Shown piece by piece: positions 30,519 to 39,912 of a stretch of 64,000 nt of DNA. This stretch comes from Aeriscardovia aeriphila. GTDB taxonomy: Bacteria; Actinomycetota; Actinomycetes; Actinomycetales; Bifidobacteriaceae. The notes beneath the pieces were generated by a model. That model did not search any database. It had not been told where the DNA came from and was given only the letters and a program-made list of their open reading frames with translations. The position numbers and the translations under genes are program-made. Location: assembly GCA_949290445.1 (NCBI GenBank), contig CASERW010000001.1:20799-84798 (forward strand), given 5' to 3'. Position 1 is the first letter of the stretch. The number at the start of each line of letters is the position of its first letter.

Positions 30519-31541
30519 ATGAACGAAAATAGGGCCACTATGGGCGAATTGTCATGTCAGCCAGTTCAGGAAATGTGCGAGTGGGCAGGCCCTCACGCCA
30601 AGGAAGTTATCGAATCAGGCGCCGAGCAGCAGGCGACTCAGGCAATCCGAGGCGAGTACTTCTCCGGCGAACGCCCGCTCTACGGCTTGCATGACGCTCA
30701 AGTGAGTGACTGTGTATTCGGCGAAGGCGAATCGCCTCTCAAAGAGGCCCGTCACGTTTCCGTCGACAACTGCGTTTTCAAGTGGAAGTACCCCTTCTGG
30801 TACGCCGACACGGTTGCAGTGGAGAACACCGTACTCGAAACTGTGGCGCACGCGGGCATGTGGTATGTGAAGAACTTCAGCATGAAGGATTGCGCGCTGC
30901 AGGCAGGCAAGCTCTTCCGTCGCAGCTCGGGAATCTTCCTCACCAACGTCCACTTCGCCAATGCTACGGAAACCTTCTGGAATTGCGAGGATGTACACCT
31001 CGAGCGTGTTGAAGCGCAAGGTACCTACTTTGGTATGAATTCGAGGAAGATCATCGCCGACCACCTCGACCTCATCGGTGATTATGCTTTCGACGGTGCC
31101 AGCGACATTCTCATCACGAACTCTCGCATCGTGGCTAAGGATGCCTTCTGGAATTCGACGAATGTTACTGTGCGCGATTCCTTCATTTCTGGCGAGTACT
31201 TGGGTTGGAATTCGACGAATCTCACGTTGGAAAATTGCGTCGTCGTTTCCGATCAGGGCTTGTGCTACATCAAGGGTTTGATGATCCGCAATACGAAGCT
31301 TCTGCGTACCGATTTGGCTTTCGAGTTGTGCTCGGATATTGACGCTGAGATTACCAGTTCGATTGATTCGGTGAAGAACCCTGTTTCCGGCCGCATTGTG
31401 GCCCCGCGCATTGACGGCGTGATTCTCGACCCTGCAGTGGTTGACCCGGCACAGACGGAGATCATCTCCGGCGGCGAGCGCATCAGCGAATCGACCATGA
31501 ATGAGGAGCATGCTCAACATATTGCCGGTTATAACGAGTAG
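30519..31541 (+). CDS. DUF3737-like beta-helix protein
   Basis: GERPLY, GESPLKE, FKWKYPFWY, KDAFW, GEYLGW, QGLCY and DLAFE repeats. Confidence 0.75.
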   Translation: MNENRATMGELSCQPVQEMCEWAGPHAKEVIESGAEQQATQAIRGEYFSGERPLYGLHDAQVSDCVFGEGESPLKEARHVSVDNCVFKWKYPFWYADTVAVENTVLETVAHAGMWYVKNFSMKDCALQAGKLFRRSSGIFLTNVHFANATETFWNCEDVHLERVEAQGTYFGMNSRKIIADHLDLIGDYAFDGASDILITNSRIVAKDAFWNSTNVTVRDSFISGEYLGWNSTNLTLENCVVVSDQGLCYIKGLMIRNTKLLRTDLAFELCSDIDAEITSSIDSVKNPVSGRIVAPRIDGVILDPAVVDPAQTEIISGGERISESTMNEEHAQHIAGYNE

Positions 31542-31643
31542 TTGGTGCTCGCAGTAGGTGAGGGGGGAGCCTGCTTCGTCAGAGGCTTTACGGCACAGCA
31601 GGCTCTGGTAGCCAGATAGCGCACAGTTTCGGGGGAGAAATAT

Positions 31644-32909
31644 ATGGCTGATGTTTTCGGTTTTGATAATCCAGTGAAACGCCGTCATCACAATTGGGCC
31701 AAATGGGATATTGCCGACGACGAGCTGCCCATGACCATCGCCGATATGGACCTTCCGACTTCGCCGCAAATTGTTCAAGCTTTGCATGACAAGGTGGCTA
31801 GTGCGACCTACGGCTACGAGGATATCCCGCAAGAGTATTACGAAGCAGTGCAAGGCTGGCTCACTCGCCATCACCGCTTCACTCCACCTCTCGAGTGGAT
31901 GAGCTTCGCTACGGGCGTGATTCCTGCGCTCAGTTCTCTTATTCGCACGCTCACGACGGTGGGTGACAACGTGCTCATGCTCACCCCGGTCTACAACATT
32001 TTCTTCAACTCTGCCGCGAACAATGGTCGGCATCCTCTTGCCTCACCGCTCGACTACGACAGCGCTTCCCACACCTATTCCATCAATTGGGCAGATGTGG
32101 AGAAGAAGATGGCGCTTGCTCGCACCACAATGATGGTCGTGTGCAACCCGCATAACCCCTCGGGTTTGGTCCCGGAGCCGGAAGACCTCGCCCACATCGT
32201 GCGTTTGGCCCGTCAGTACGGCGTTACCGTCGTCTCTGATGAAGTTCATGGTGACATGCTGTGGGACGACACTCTTGATTACACACCGATTTTGAGCTTG
32301 CCTGAGCCGTTGCGCGGCAATGTGATTGAGCTGATTTCTCCGTCGAAAACCTTCAATTGCGCTTCAACTCACGCCTGCACGGTGCTGATTGCTGACCCTA
32401 ATTTGCGTGCGCATGCTGTGCGCGGTTTCAATAACGATGAGATTGCTGAGCCCAACCTCACCGCTGTTCCTGCTTCGATCGCCGCTTACCGCGATTCCGA
32501 TGAGTGGTATGCGGCCATGCTTTCCTACGTTCGCGCCAATATTGAGTTGGTTAACGATACTCTTGCGCGCGAAATGCCGCTGATCACGCCGGTGAAGATG
32601 GCAGCGACCTATTTGCCGTGGCTTGACTGCACTGACCTGTTTGCCGCACACCCTGGCTCGCCAGTTTCCTCAGTTTCTCCAGATTATCAGTCCACTGAAG
32701 TTGAGGCCTTAGACAGACCTCACACCGTTTCTGATGAGTTCACTGCGTTTATTCGCCAGACTTCTGGCTTACTGGTGAACCCGGGTGGGGAGTACTTCGG
32801 TAATGGAGCTACCTTCATTCGTATGGCAGTTGCCTGCCCGCGCCACCAAGTTGAGGATGCTCTTGCTCGTTTGAAGCGTTCCTACGACTTGTGGTGCGAG
32901 CAGCACTAG
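31644..32909 (+). CDS. PLP-dependent MalY/PatB family C-S lyase/aminotransferase
   Basis: PMTIADMD, CNPHNPSG, SDEVHGD, SPSKTFN and ATYLPWLD. Confidence 0.92.
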   Translation: MADVFGFDNPVKRRHHNWAKWDIADDELPMTIADMDLPTSPQIVQALHDKVASATYGYEDIPQEYYEAVQGWLTRHHRFTPPLEWMSFATGVIPALSSLIRTLTTVGDNVLMLTPVYNIFFNSAANNGRHPLASPLDYDSASHTYSINWADVEKKMALARTTMMVVCNPHNPSGLVPEPEDLAHIVRLARQYGVTVVSDEVHGDMLWDDTLDYTPILSLPEPLRGNVIELISPSKTFNCASTHACTVLIADPNLRAHAVRGFNNDEIAEPNLTAVPASIAAYRDSDEWYAAMLSYVRANIELVNDTLAREMPLITPVKMAATYLPWLDCTDLFAAHPGSPVSSVSPDYQSTEVEALDRPHTVSDEFTAFIRQTSGLLVNPGGEYFGNGATFIRMAVACPRHQVEDALARLKRSYDLWCEQH

Positions 32910-32933
32910 TGTGCGGTTGCGCGCACTAGTGCT
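32902..32933. terminator. Hairpin overlapping the patB stop, between convergent genes
   Basis: agcactagtgtgcg-gttg-cgcgcactagtgct; no U tail. Confidence 0.55.
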
Positions 32934-33021
32934 CTTCGGTGCGCTTCAGCACCTCGTAAGTGACGAACTCAGAGCTGCGCTACTTATCAGTCTGTGTTGG
33001 GTAGTTTGATTACCTTGCGTT

Positions 33022-34107
33022 TCAGAAGCTTGCGCTCAAGCCGTGAGAATCGTCGCGGTCAGCGTTCTTCTTCTGCTCAGCGTCGATTTCCGCCTGGAGT
33101 TTCTCATCCTCTTCGGCTTCCTTCTTCGCCTTCTCAGCCTCTGCCTGAGCTTTCTCCTCTTCATAGAGGTCTTGTTCACTCAGCACATTGACAGGAATCC
33201 GCGCGCGCAAGTGCTCCCACGAACCAGAGAGCACCAACTGCTTCTCCTGCTCATCAATCTGAGCAGCCTTCACCTGTTCCAGCGCATGCTGAGCAACATC
33301 GAGACTTTCTACTCCCGCTTCGGTGGCGTATGGAGAATCCGACGAGAAGAGCACTCGGCCAGCGCCGAGAGTTTTCACTGCAGTGGTAATCTCCAGCGAA
33401 TTTGCCCACGCAGTGTCCACCACAAAGTTCTGCTGCGCCACCAATCGGGTCGCTTCAGCACTCACCTTGCCCTGGGCGAACAGAGCGGCGACACCACCAT
33501 GCACAATGACGCGCACGCGAGGGTAGGAGGCAGCCCACCGCAAATCCATCAGGTCACGAACCGTGGCGAGCAACTGCTGCTTCGCATTCTCGAGGAAATG
33601 GGGCGAAGAATGCTCAGCCACAGGATGCAGCCACACCGGACGGCGAACCTCATTGAGCATGGAGAAGAGCGCGGAATTCTGCTCATCAGCAAAATTGCGA
33701 TCATCCTCATGCGTCAGCATTTGAATTCCCACGAGAGTGTCAGAACGCGCGATCGTATCAGAAAGATAGTGGCAAGAAAACTCGAGGTCGTTGAGCGGAA
33801 GATGAGCGATAGCGCCCTCGAAAAGCTCAGGATGGTCCAACACCAGCTGGGACAACTCTTGATTAGCAGCCTGCGCAACCTCAGCGCGATACTTCTCGCG
33901 AATCTGCTCATCGAAAATGACAGATCCCACGATTTGCAAGCTGCGAGGAGGGTTAGCAACCAAGCGCATATCCATATCCGTCAACAGATTTTCACGGACG
34001 GAAGGATGACGTGCGCCCAGGTTAGCTTGGGAACGCTCTAATGCGCGCTCATAGGCGCGAGGCAGAACATGAGTGAAAACATCAATCGTTGGCATAAGTT
34101 CTTTCAC
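33022..34107 (-). CDS. Amidohydrolase_2 family (TIM-barrel) protein with charged tail
   Basis: IDVFTHVLP, PVWLHP, IVHGG, VDTA and RVLFSSDSPY. Confidence 0.78.
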   Translation of the reverse strand: MKELMPTIDVFTHVLPRAYERALERSQANLGARHPSVRENLLTDMDMRLVANPPRSLQIVGSVIFDEQIREKYRAEVAQAANQELSQLVLDHPELFEGAIAHLPLNDLEFSCHYLSDTIARSDTLVGIQMLTHEDDRNFADEQNSALFSMLNEVRRPVWLHPVAEHSSPHFLENAKQQLLATVRDLMDLRWAASYPRVRVIVHGGVAALFAQGKVSAEATRLVAQQNFVVDTAWANSLEITTAVKTLGAGRVLFSSDSPYATEAGVESLDVAQHALEQVKAAQIDEQEKQLVLSGSWEHLRARIPVNVLSEQDLYEEEKAQAEAEKAKKEAEEDEKLQAEIDAEQKKNADRDDSHGLSASF

Positions 34108-34116
34108 AATGTTAAT

Positions 34117-34158
34117 GAAAACGGGGCAACCAAGTACGACTGTACTCGATTGCCCCGT
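34117..34158 (-). terminator. Terminator after pbuX
   Basis: acggggcaa..agtac / gtact..ttgccccgt stem with an A run on the left. Confidence 0.65.
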
Positions 34159-34211
34159 CGATTCTCGCTAGCGGCGAAGAAGCTGCTGAGTGATGAGAAG
34201 AAGTCTAGTTA

Positions 34212-35618
34212 TCACTTTTCTTCGTCAGCGTGATCCTTCTTATCAACGCTGAGGTTGATCTTGTAGAACTTCTCATCGCGAGGAAGAACCAGGTTCATGA
34301 TGAAGGCGATCACGAACACGCCTGCGATAGCGTTGGATGCGAACACCTGCTGGAACAGAGCTGGAGTGTGAGCGAGCAGGGTAGGAACCTGGGTAAAGCC
34401 AACGCCCACCGTCAGGGAGACGGAAGCGATGAGGATGTTGCGCTCAGAGAAGCCAGCTTCGGAGATCATCTGGAAACCTGCCAAGATGATGGAACCGAAC
34501 ATCATGATGGTGCAGCCACCCATAACTGCCTGTGGAATGGAGTTGAAGGCAGTTGCCACGGCAGGAACGAAGGCGGCGAGGATGAGGATCAGACCACCGG
34601 AAGCGATGACCTTACGATTGACAACCTTGGTCATACGGATCAGGCCAATGTTCTGAGCGAAGGAGGTCAGTGGCAGAGCGCCGAACAGACCAGAGATAGC
34701 GGAGATGAGGCCGTCGCCGGCGATGGAGCCAGCAGTTTCGAGGTCGGTGACCTCACGGTTCATACCCACGCGAGCCAGAGCAGCGGTATCACCGGTCACC
34801 TCAACTGCGGAAACCAGGTAGAGAAGAGCGATGGAGATGATGGCACCCCAGTCGAATTCAGGCTTGAATGGCAGGAACTGTGGTGCGGAGACGATGCCGA
34901 TGTGCGAGAAACCGCTCAAATCCACCATGCCCATGCACAGAGCGAGAACATAGCCGACGACCAGGCCGAAGAGGATGGACAGCTGCTTAGCAAAGCCCCT
35001 GAAGAACACTTGGGAGATCAAGCAAGCGAGCAAGGTCACGGTTGCGACGAGCAGATGCTTCCAGCTACCGAAGTCCTTTGCACCGTTGCCACCACCGAAG
35101 CTCGATGCAGAAACGGAGAGCAGGGAGAAGCCGATGGAGGTAACCACGAGTGCGGAAATAATCGGTGGAACCAGGCGCTTCCAGAAGCGAGCGGTCAGGC
35201 CGAGAACTGCTTCGAACAAGCCGCCGACTATGATGGCGCCGACTGCGGATTCATAGCCGCGGGTGGAAATAATGCCCACGATTGCGGCCACGTAGGTAAA
35301 CGAAATGCCGGTAACAATAGGCAGACGTGCGCCGAAACGCCACAGTGGGAAGAGCTGCAAGAGCGTGCCCAAACCTGCCATGAGCAGTGCTGCCTGAACG
35401 ATGGAATCAGAAACAGCTGCTGGCATCTTGCCGGCGGAAGTGACGATGAAGATTGGTGCAAGATTAGCCACGAACATGGCGAGCACGTGCTGAAGGCCGT
35501 AAGGCAGTCCCTTCAGGAAGCTCATCTTGCCGGTGAAATCCATCAAAGGATTACCATTGCTGGTTTCGCTGACCGCGGCGGCTGGAGTCTTCACGGTCGA
35601 ATCTTTCTCAGTTGTCAT
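34212..35618 (-). CDS. pbuX: Xanthine/purine permease (NCS2 family)
   Basis: GLQHVLAMF and TSFAQNIGLI NAT signature; next to xpt. Confidence 0.85.
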   Translation of the reverse strand: MTTEKDSTVKTPAAAVSETSNGNPLMDFTGKMSFLKGLPYGLQHVLAMFVANLAPIFIVTSAGKMPAAVSDSIVQAALLMAGLGTLLQLFPLWRFGARLPIVTGISFTYVAAIVGIISTRGYESAVGAIIVGGLFEAVLGLTARFWKRLVPPIISALVVTSIGFSLLSVSASSFGGGNGAKDFGSWKHLLVATVTLLACLISQVFFRGFAKQLSILFGLVVGYVLALCMGMVDLSGFSHIGIVSAPQFLPFKPEFDWGAIISIALLYLVSAVEVTGDTAALARVGMNREVTDLETAGSIAGDGLISAISGLFGALPLTSFAQNIGLIRMTKVVNRKVIASGGLILILAAFVPAVATAFNSIPQAVMGGCTIMMFGSIILAGFQMISEAGFSERNILIASVSLTVGVGFTQVPTLLAHTPALFQQVFASNAIAGVFVIAFIMNLVLPRDEKFYKINLSVDKKDHADEEK

Positions 35619-35666
35619 GGGCTTTTTCCTCTCCTTGAACCCTCGACGAAAGATAATTGGGGAAAT

Positions 35667-35697
35667 AAAAAGAGTGGTTCGTGCGGAACCACTCTCA
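35667..35697 (-). terminator. Terminator-like hairpin between xpt and pbuX
   Basis: Minus strand reads gagagtggttc-cgcac-gaaccactcttttt. Confidence 0.7.
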
Positions 35698-35701
35698 GAA
35701 A

Positions 35702-36283
35702 TTAGTCTTCAACGAACTTCACTTCGCCAGTCTGGTCATCCATTGCTGCGATGCGAGCCAGAGACTGCACGTCGTAGCCTCGCGACCTCAGCAGCTCGCC
35801 ACCATCCTGGAAGCTCTTTTCAATGGCGATGCCGATGCCTTCAACGACTGCACCAGCCTGCTTGCACAGATCAAGCAGACCAAGAATGGCCTTGCCGGAT
35901 GCCAAGAAGTCATCAATGAGCAGAACGTGCTCGCCTTCGTTGATGAAGCGCTTAGCAACGATCACGTCGTAAGTCTTCTTCTTGGTGAAGGAAAACACTT
36001 GGGTGCGATATTGTTCGCCGTCGAGATTGATGGACTCAGTCTTCTTGGCAAAAACAAAAGGAACGCCAAGCTTTTCAGCGACGATTGCAGCAATTCCAAT
36101 ACCAGAAGCTTCGATGGTGAGCACTTTGTCAATCTGCTTGCCAGCGAAACGCTTCTTCCACTCTTCAGCCATGCTGGCGAAGAGCTGGGGATCACACTGA
36201 TGGTTCAAGAAAGAATCCACTTTGAGTACGTTTCCAGCACGGACAATGCCTTGCTCGCGGATCCTATCTTCGAGTTCCTTCAT
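35702..36283 (-). CDS. xpt: Xanthine phosphoribosyltransferase
   Basis: [25 protein letters not shown] and IEKSFQDGG. Confidence 0.96.
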   Translation of the reverse strand: MKELEDRIREQGIVRAGNVLKVDSFLNHQCDPQLFASMAEEWKKRFAGKQIDKVLTIEASGIGIAAIVAEKLGVPFVFAKKTESINLDGEQYRTQVFSFTKKKTYDVIVAKRFINEGEHVLLIDDFLASGKAILGLLDLCKQAGAVVEGIGIAIEKSFQDGGELLRSRGYDVQSLARIAAMDDQTGEVKFVED

Positions 36284-36606
36284 TGATTCGGCCTTTCATT
36301 TTTGGTCCATCAGCTCAGAGCGAAGAATTGAGCTTGTCTAATAAGAATCTGCCGGCGACCGGACAAGAAGGGCTGAAAACTCGGATAGGAAATATTAATT
36401 CAACCTTGTTGAAACATACAGGAAACACCGCAACACGCGATAACGCGACTGTAATTCCTCACTAACAAGGTAGGGAAAGGCGATTTTTCAACGTTTTACC
36501 TTTCTTGCTCCCTGCAGGCTTGTTGGTAGCATAGTCCCAGGTAAATGGCTGGAGATTATCACTGTGCTGAATTCTGGGAATGTCGAATTCAGCTGCGATG
36601 TAAACA

Positions 36607-39600
36607 GTGGACGATGTGAGAGGCAGGAGAGAGATGGATCAGATGGCTGATGAGTTTGACCAGTACGCTTCCTATGAGGCAATGGCAGACGAGGACCCTT
36701 CCTTTGTTCCTCCTGTTGATCCAGAATCTGCTGAAGCCCAAGAGTATGGCTTGGATGCTCAAAGTCAGGCCGAATATGAGCAGTATCAGCAGCAGCGTTT
36801 CTTGGCCCAACAGCAGCAGCCTGCCACTGCTTCGCAGAAGAATACAGCATCTTCACAGAGTAATACGGCATCTTCACGAGGTACAGGTAATTACGGTTCA
36901 GAACAGTTGAGCCCCGAGGAGAAGCAAGCGGAAGCTCAGCGCCTTCTCGCCGGCCTGAACCCCCAGCAAGCACAAGCGGTGCAATACCAAGGTCCTGCTC
37001 TGCTTATTGCTGCAGGTGCAGGCTCAGGTAAGACTCGTGTTCTTACTCGACGTATTGCCTGGGTGATGAGCCAGTGGAATGCATGGCCGAGTCAGATTCT
37101 TGCGATTACTTTCACCAATAAAGCTGCAGCAGAGATGCGCGAACGACTGACGAAACTCGTCGGCTCGCAGCGTGCAGAGCGCTTGTGGGTTTCCACATTC
37201 CATTCGGCTTGTGTTCGCATCCTCAGGCGCTTCCCTCATGAAGCGGGTTTGAAATCGAACTTCACGATTTATGATCAGCAAGATCAGTTGCGTTTGTTGA
37301 AGCTGATTGAAACTGATTTCAACATTGACGTGAAGAAATATAAGCCTCGCCAATTCTCGAGCAAGATTTCTGACTGGAAGAACTCGTTGCAGGGCGCGCA
37401 AGAAGTGCTCCAAACTTTGGCGCCATCCTTCACACCAGGTGTTGCCGGCACCCATATTACTGGTCATGAGAAGCAGCCAGAACTGGAAGCTATGGTCTAC
37501 GGTGAATACCAGTACCGTTTGGCTGCGGCAAACGCAGTGGACTTCGACGATCTCATCATGAAAACGGTCGAGCTTCTCAACACCTCTCAAGAGGCGGCTG
37601 ATTTCTACCACAAGCGCTTGCACTATGTTCTGGTCGACGAGTATCAGGATACGAACCGCGCACAATATGAGTTCCTGCGCTTGATTGCCGGGTATGAGGG
37701 CTTTGCTGTCAAGCGGCCTGCATGGATTTCTGTGGTGGGCGATTCTGATCAGTCCATCTACGCTTTCCGTGGTGCTGATATTTCGAACATCCTCGACTTT
37801 GAGAATGATTTTCCTCATGCAAAAACTATTCTTCTCGAACAAAACTATCGTTCGACACAGAATATTTTGGACGCAGCAAACGCTGTGATTGCCAAGAATG
37901 AGGGACGTAAGCCCAAGAAACTGTGGACATCAGAAGGTTCTGGAGACAAGATCATCGGCTATGCAGCTGATGATGCTCGAGGTGAGGCTCGTTTCGTCAC
38001 CGAAGAGATTGCTCGCATTCGCACCGAGGAGAATATTGCCTACTCCGATGTTGCCATTATGTACCGCACGAATGCGCAGTCTCGACTGATGGAAGAGCAA
38101 CTCGTAGCAGCTGGAATTCCTTACCTCATTGTGGGAGGAACTCGATTCTATGAGCGTGCAGAAATCAAGAATGCTCTCGCATATTTGCATGCTCTGCTCA
38201 ACCCTGCTGACGATATTTCCTTGCGTCGTATTCTCAACGAGCCGCGTCGTGGAATTGGTGCGAAAACCGAGCTTGATGTTGCCAATTTTGCTCAAGCGCA
38301 TTCTATGAGCTTCTGGGAAGCGCTGTCACACCTCGATGAAATTGGCTTGTCAGCAGCTCCAGTCAAGCATTTGCGTCAGTTCGTCGACCTGATGCAATCC
38401 ATGATGGATTCGGTGACCGGTGACGGTGTTCTTCCGAGCACCGCAATTCATGTGATGCTGGAGAACTCTGGCCTCGTTGCTCAATATCGCGCGTCACAAG
38501 ATGTTGAAGATCAAAGCAGGTTGGAAAACCTCGGCCAGTTGGAGACTGTTGCCAAAGAGTATGAAGCTAACGAAGTGAACCCTACTTTGGATGGCTTCTT
38601 GGAGCAGACTGCACTGGTTGCCGATTCTGACCAGCTTCCTGACGGTGACTCTGGCCGTGTTACGCTCATGACCCTACACACGGCGAAGGGTTTGGAATAC
38701 CCCGTTGTCTTCCTCACCGGTATGGAAGAAGGTACTTTCCCTTCCGCTCGCGCTTTGGTAGGTGATAATGATGCTCCTGATGCTTCCACCAACCAGTTGG
38801 AGGAAGAACGTCGCTTGGCTTATGTGGGAATTACTCGTGCGCGCAAGAGGCTTTACATTACTCGTGCGGGCATACGAAGCCAATGGGGCCAGGCTCAAGA
38901 GATGCCTCCGTCCCGCTTCCTTGACGAAATTCCGGCGCAATTGATCGATTGGCGTCGTGAGTTCACCGCAACAGAAAACGTGAGAAGCAATGGAGGTTGG
39001 GGTTCCGACAACTTTGGCGACGACTTCGACTCCGACTTCTCTGCTACCTCTGCCTTTGGAACAGATGAAGAAGGCTTCTCTTATGGAGGGAGGAGCTCCT
39101 TCGGTTCTCGCTACTCTCGCTCCTACGGTTCTGGCTCGTTTGGTGCACGAAGCTCCTTTGGCTCACGTGGCTCCTACAGTGCGAATGATTTTGGCGATTC
39201 CGATGATTACTCGTCGTCAGGCAGTTCGTACGGTTCTGGTTCGCGTCGGTCGGGTAGTCGATCGAGCAGTTCCTACGGGTCTTCCTCTCGCTCTTCGAGC
39301 TATGGTTCAGGTTCGAGCAGCTATCGTCCGCGCTCTTCCATCTATGGTTCGAGTTCTCGCGGTTCCTATGGCTCGAATTCTTACGGTTCTCGCTTTGAGG
39401 AGAAATCGAAGATTCATTATTCGCACAAGCCAGTGGAGAAGAAGACGGCAACTGCTGCCAGTGGTTCGACGTATAGCATTTCAGACTTTGCAGTCGGGGA
39501 TAAGGTGAGCCATGATAAGTACGGTTTGGGTACTGTCACGGAAGTCTTCGACAAGGGTGCAAACTCCATCCTCGTGGTGGACTTCAAGAGTGAGGGTGTC

Positions 39601-39642
39601 AAGCGCTTGCTTCTGCGCATGGCTCCAGTGGAGAAACTCTGA
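36607..39642 (+). CDS. pcrA: ATP-dependent DNA helicase PcrA/UvrD
   Basis: AGAGSGKT, ITFTNKAA, VDEYQD, GDSDQSIYAFRGA, TLHTAKGLEY, EERRLAYVGITRA and a C-terminal Tudor-like domain; start uncertain (36607, 36634 or 36643). Confidence 0.96.
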   Translation: MDDVRGRREMDQMADEFDQYASYEAMADEDPSFVPPVDPESAEAQEYGLDAQSQAEYEQYQQQRFLAQQQQPATASQKNTASSQSNTASSRGTGNYGSEQLSPEEKQAEAQRLLAGLNPQQAQAVQYQGPALLIAAGAGSGKTRVLTRRIAWVMSQWNAWPSQILAITFTNKAAAEMRERLTKLVGSQRAERLWVSTFHSACVRILRRFPHEAGLKSNFTIYDQQDQLRLLKLIETDFNIDVKKYKPRQFSSKISDWKNSLQGAQEVLQTLAPSFTPGVAGTHITGHEKQPELEAMVYGEYQYRLAAANAVDFDDLIMKTVELLNTSQEAADFYHKRLHYVLVDEYQDTNRAQYEFLRLIAGYEGFAVKRPAWISVVGDSDQSIYAFRGADISNILDFENDFPHAKTILLEQNYRSTQNILDAANAVIAKNEGRKPKKLWTSEGSGDKIIGYAADDARGEARFVTEEIARIRTEENIAYSDVAIMYRTNAQSRLMEEQLVAAGIPYLIVGGTRFYERAEIKNALAYLHALLNPADDISLRRILNEPRRGIGAKTELDVANFAQAHSMSFWEALSHLDEIGLSAAPVKHLRQFVDLMQSMMDSVTGDGVLPSTAIHVMLENSGLVAQYRASQDVEDQSRLENLGQLETVAKEYEANEVNPTLDGFLEQTALVADSDQLPDGDSGRVTLMTLHTAKGLEYPVVFLTGMEEGTFPSARALVGDNDAPDASTNQLEEERRLAYVGITRARKRLYITRAGIRSQWGQAQEMPPSRFLDEIPAQLIDWRREFTATENVRSNGGWGSDNFGDDFDSDFSATSAFGTDEEGFSYGGRSSFGSRYSRSYGSGSFGARSSFGSRGSYSANDFGDSDDYSSSGSSYGSGSRRSGSRSSSSYGSSSRSSSYGSGSSSYRPRSSIYGSSSRGSYGSNSYGSRFEEKSKIHYSHKPVEKKTATAASGSTYSISDFAVGDKVSHDKYGLGTVTEVFDKGANSILVVDFKSEGVKRLLLRMAPVEKL

Positions 39643-39732
39643 CGGCCAGGGAACGGGGTTGGTACAACTCGGCGCTAAGAAGTGCTTCATACGAGCTTTT
39701 GTAGCGTCGGGGGAGTGCTGTAGTGTAGGCGT

Positions 39733-39912
39733 GTTACGAAAGTGACTATCTGGAGCCTTAGCCCATCAATGGATCGGCGTACACCGTCACTGAAAAGATC
39801 CGGTATGCGTTGCGCCCACAGCGCTTCGAGCATTGGAGAGGCCTGGCTCAGCACCCACACAGGTGTGTAGGTGCGGCGTTCAGATAACGACAGAGTAGAA
39901 AGTTAGGTTATT
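39733..39912 (+). promoter_or_regulatory. Long structured 5' leader of rpsD (candidate S4 autoregulatory RNA)
   Basis: Nested complementary segments found by eye (see findings); candidate -10 TAGTGT at 39721-39726. Confidence 0.5.

Noticed and set aside
36284-36480. Purine riboswitch upstream of xpt
   Set aside because: The conserved aptamer core (UAUAA...UAUGG...GUUUCUACC...CCGUAAA) is not visible on the minus strand.
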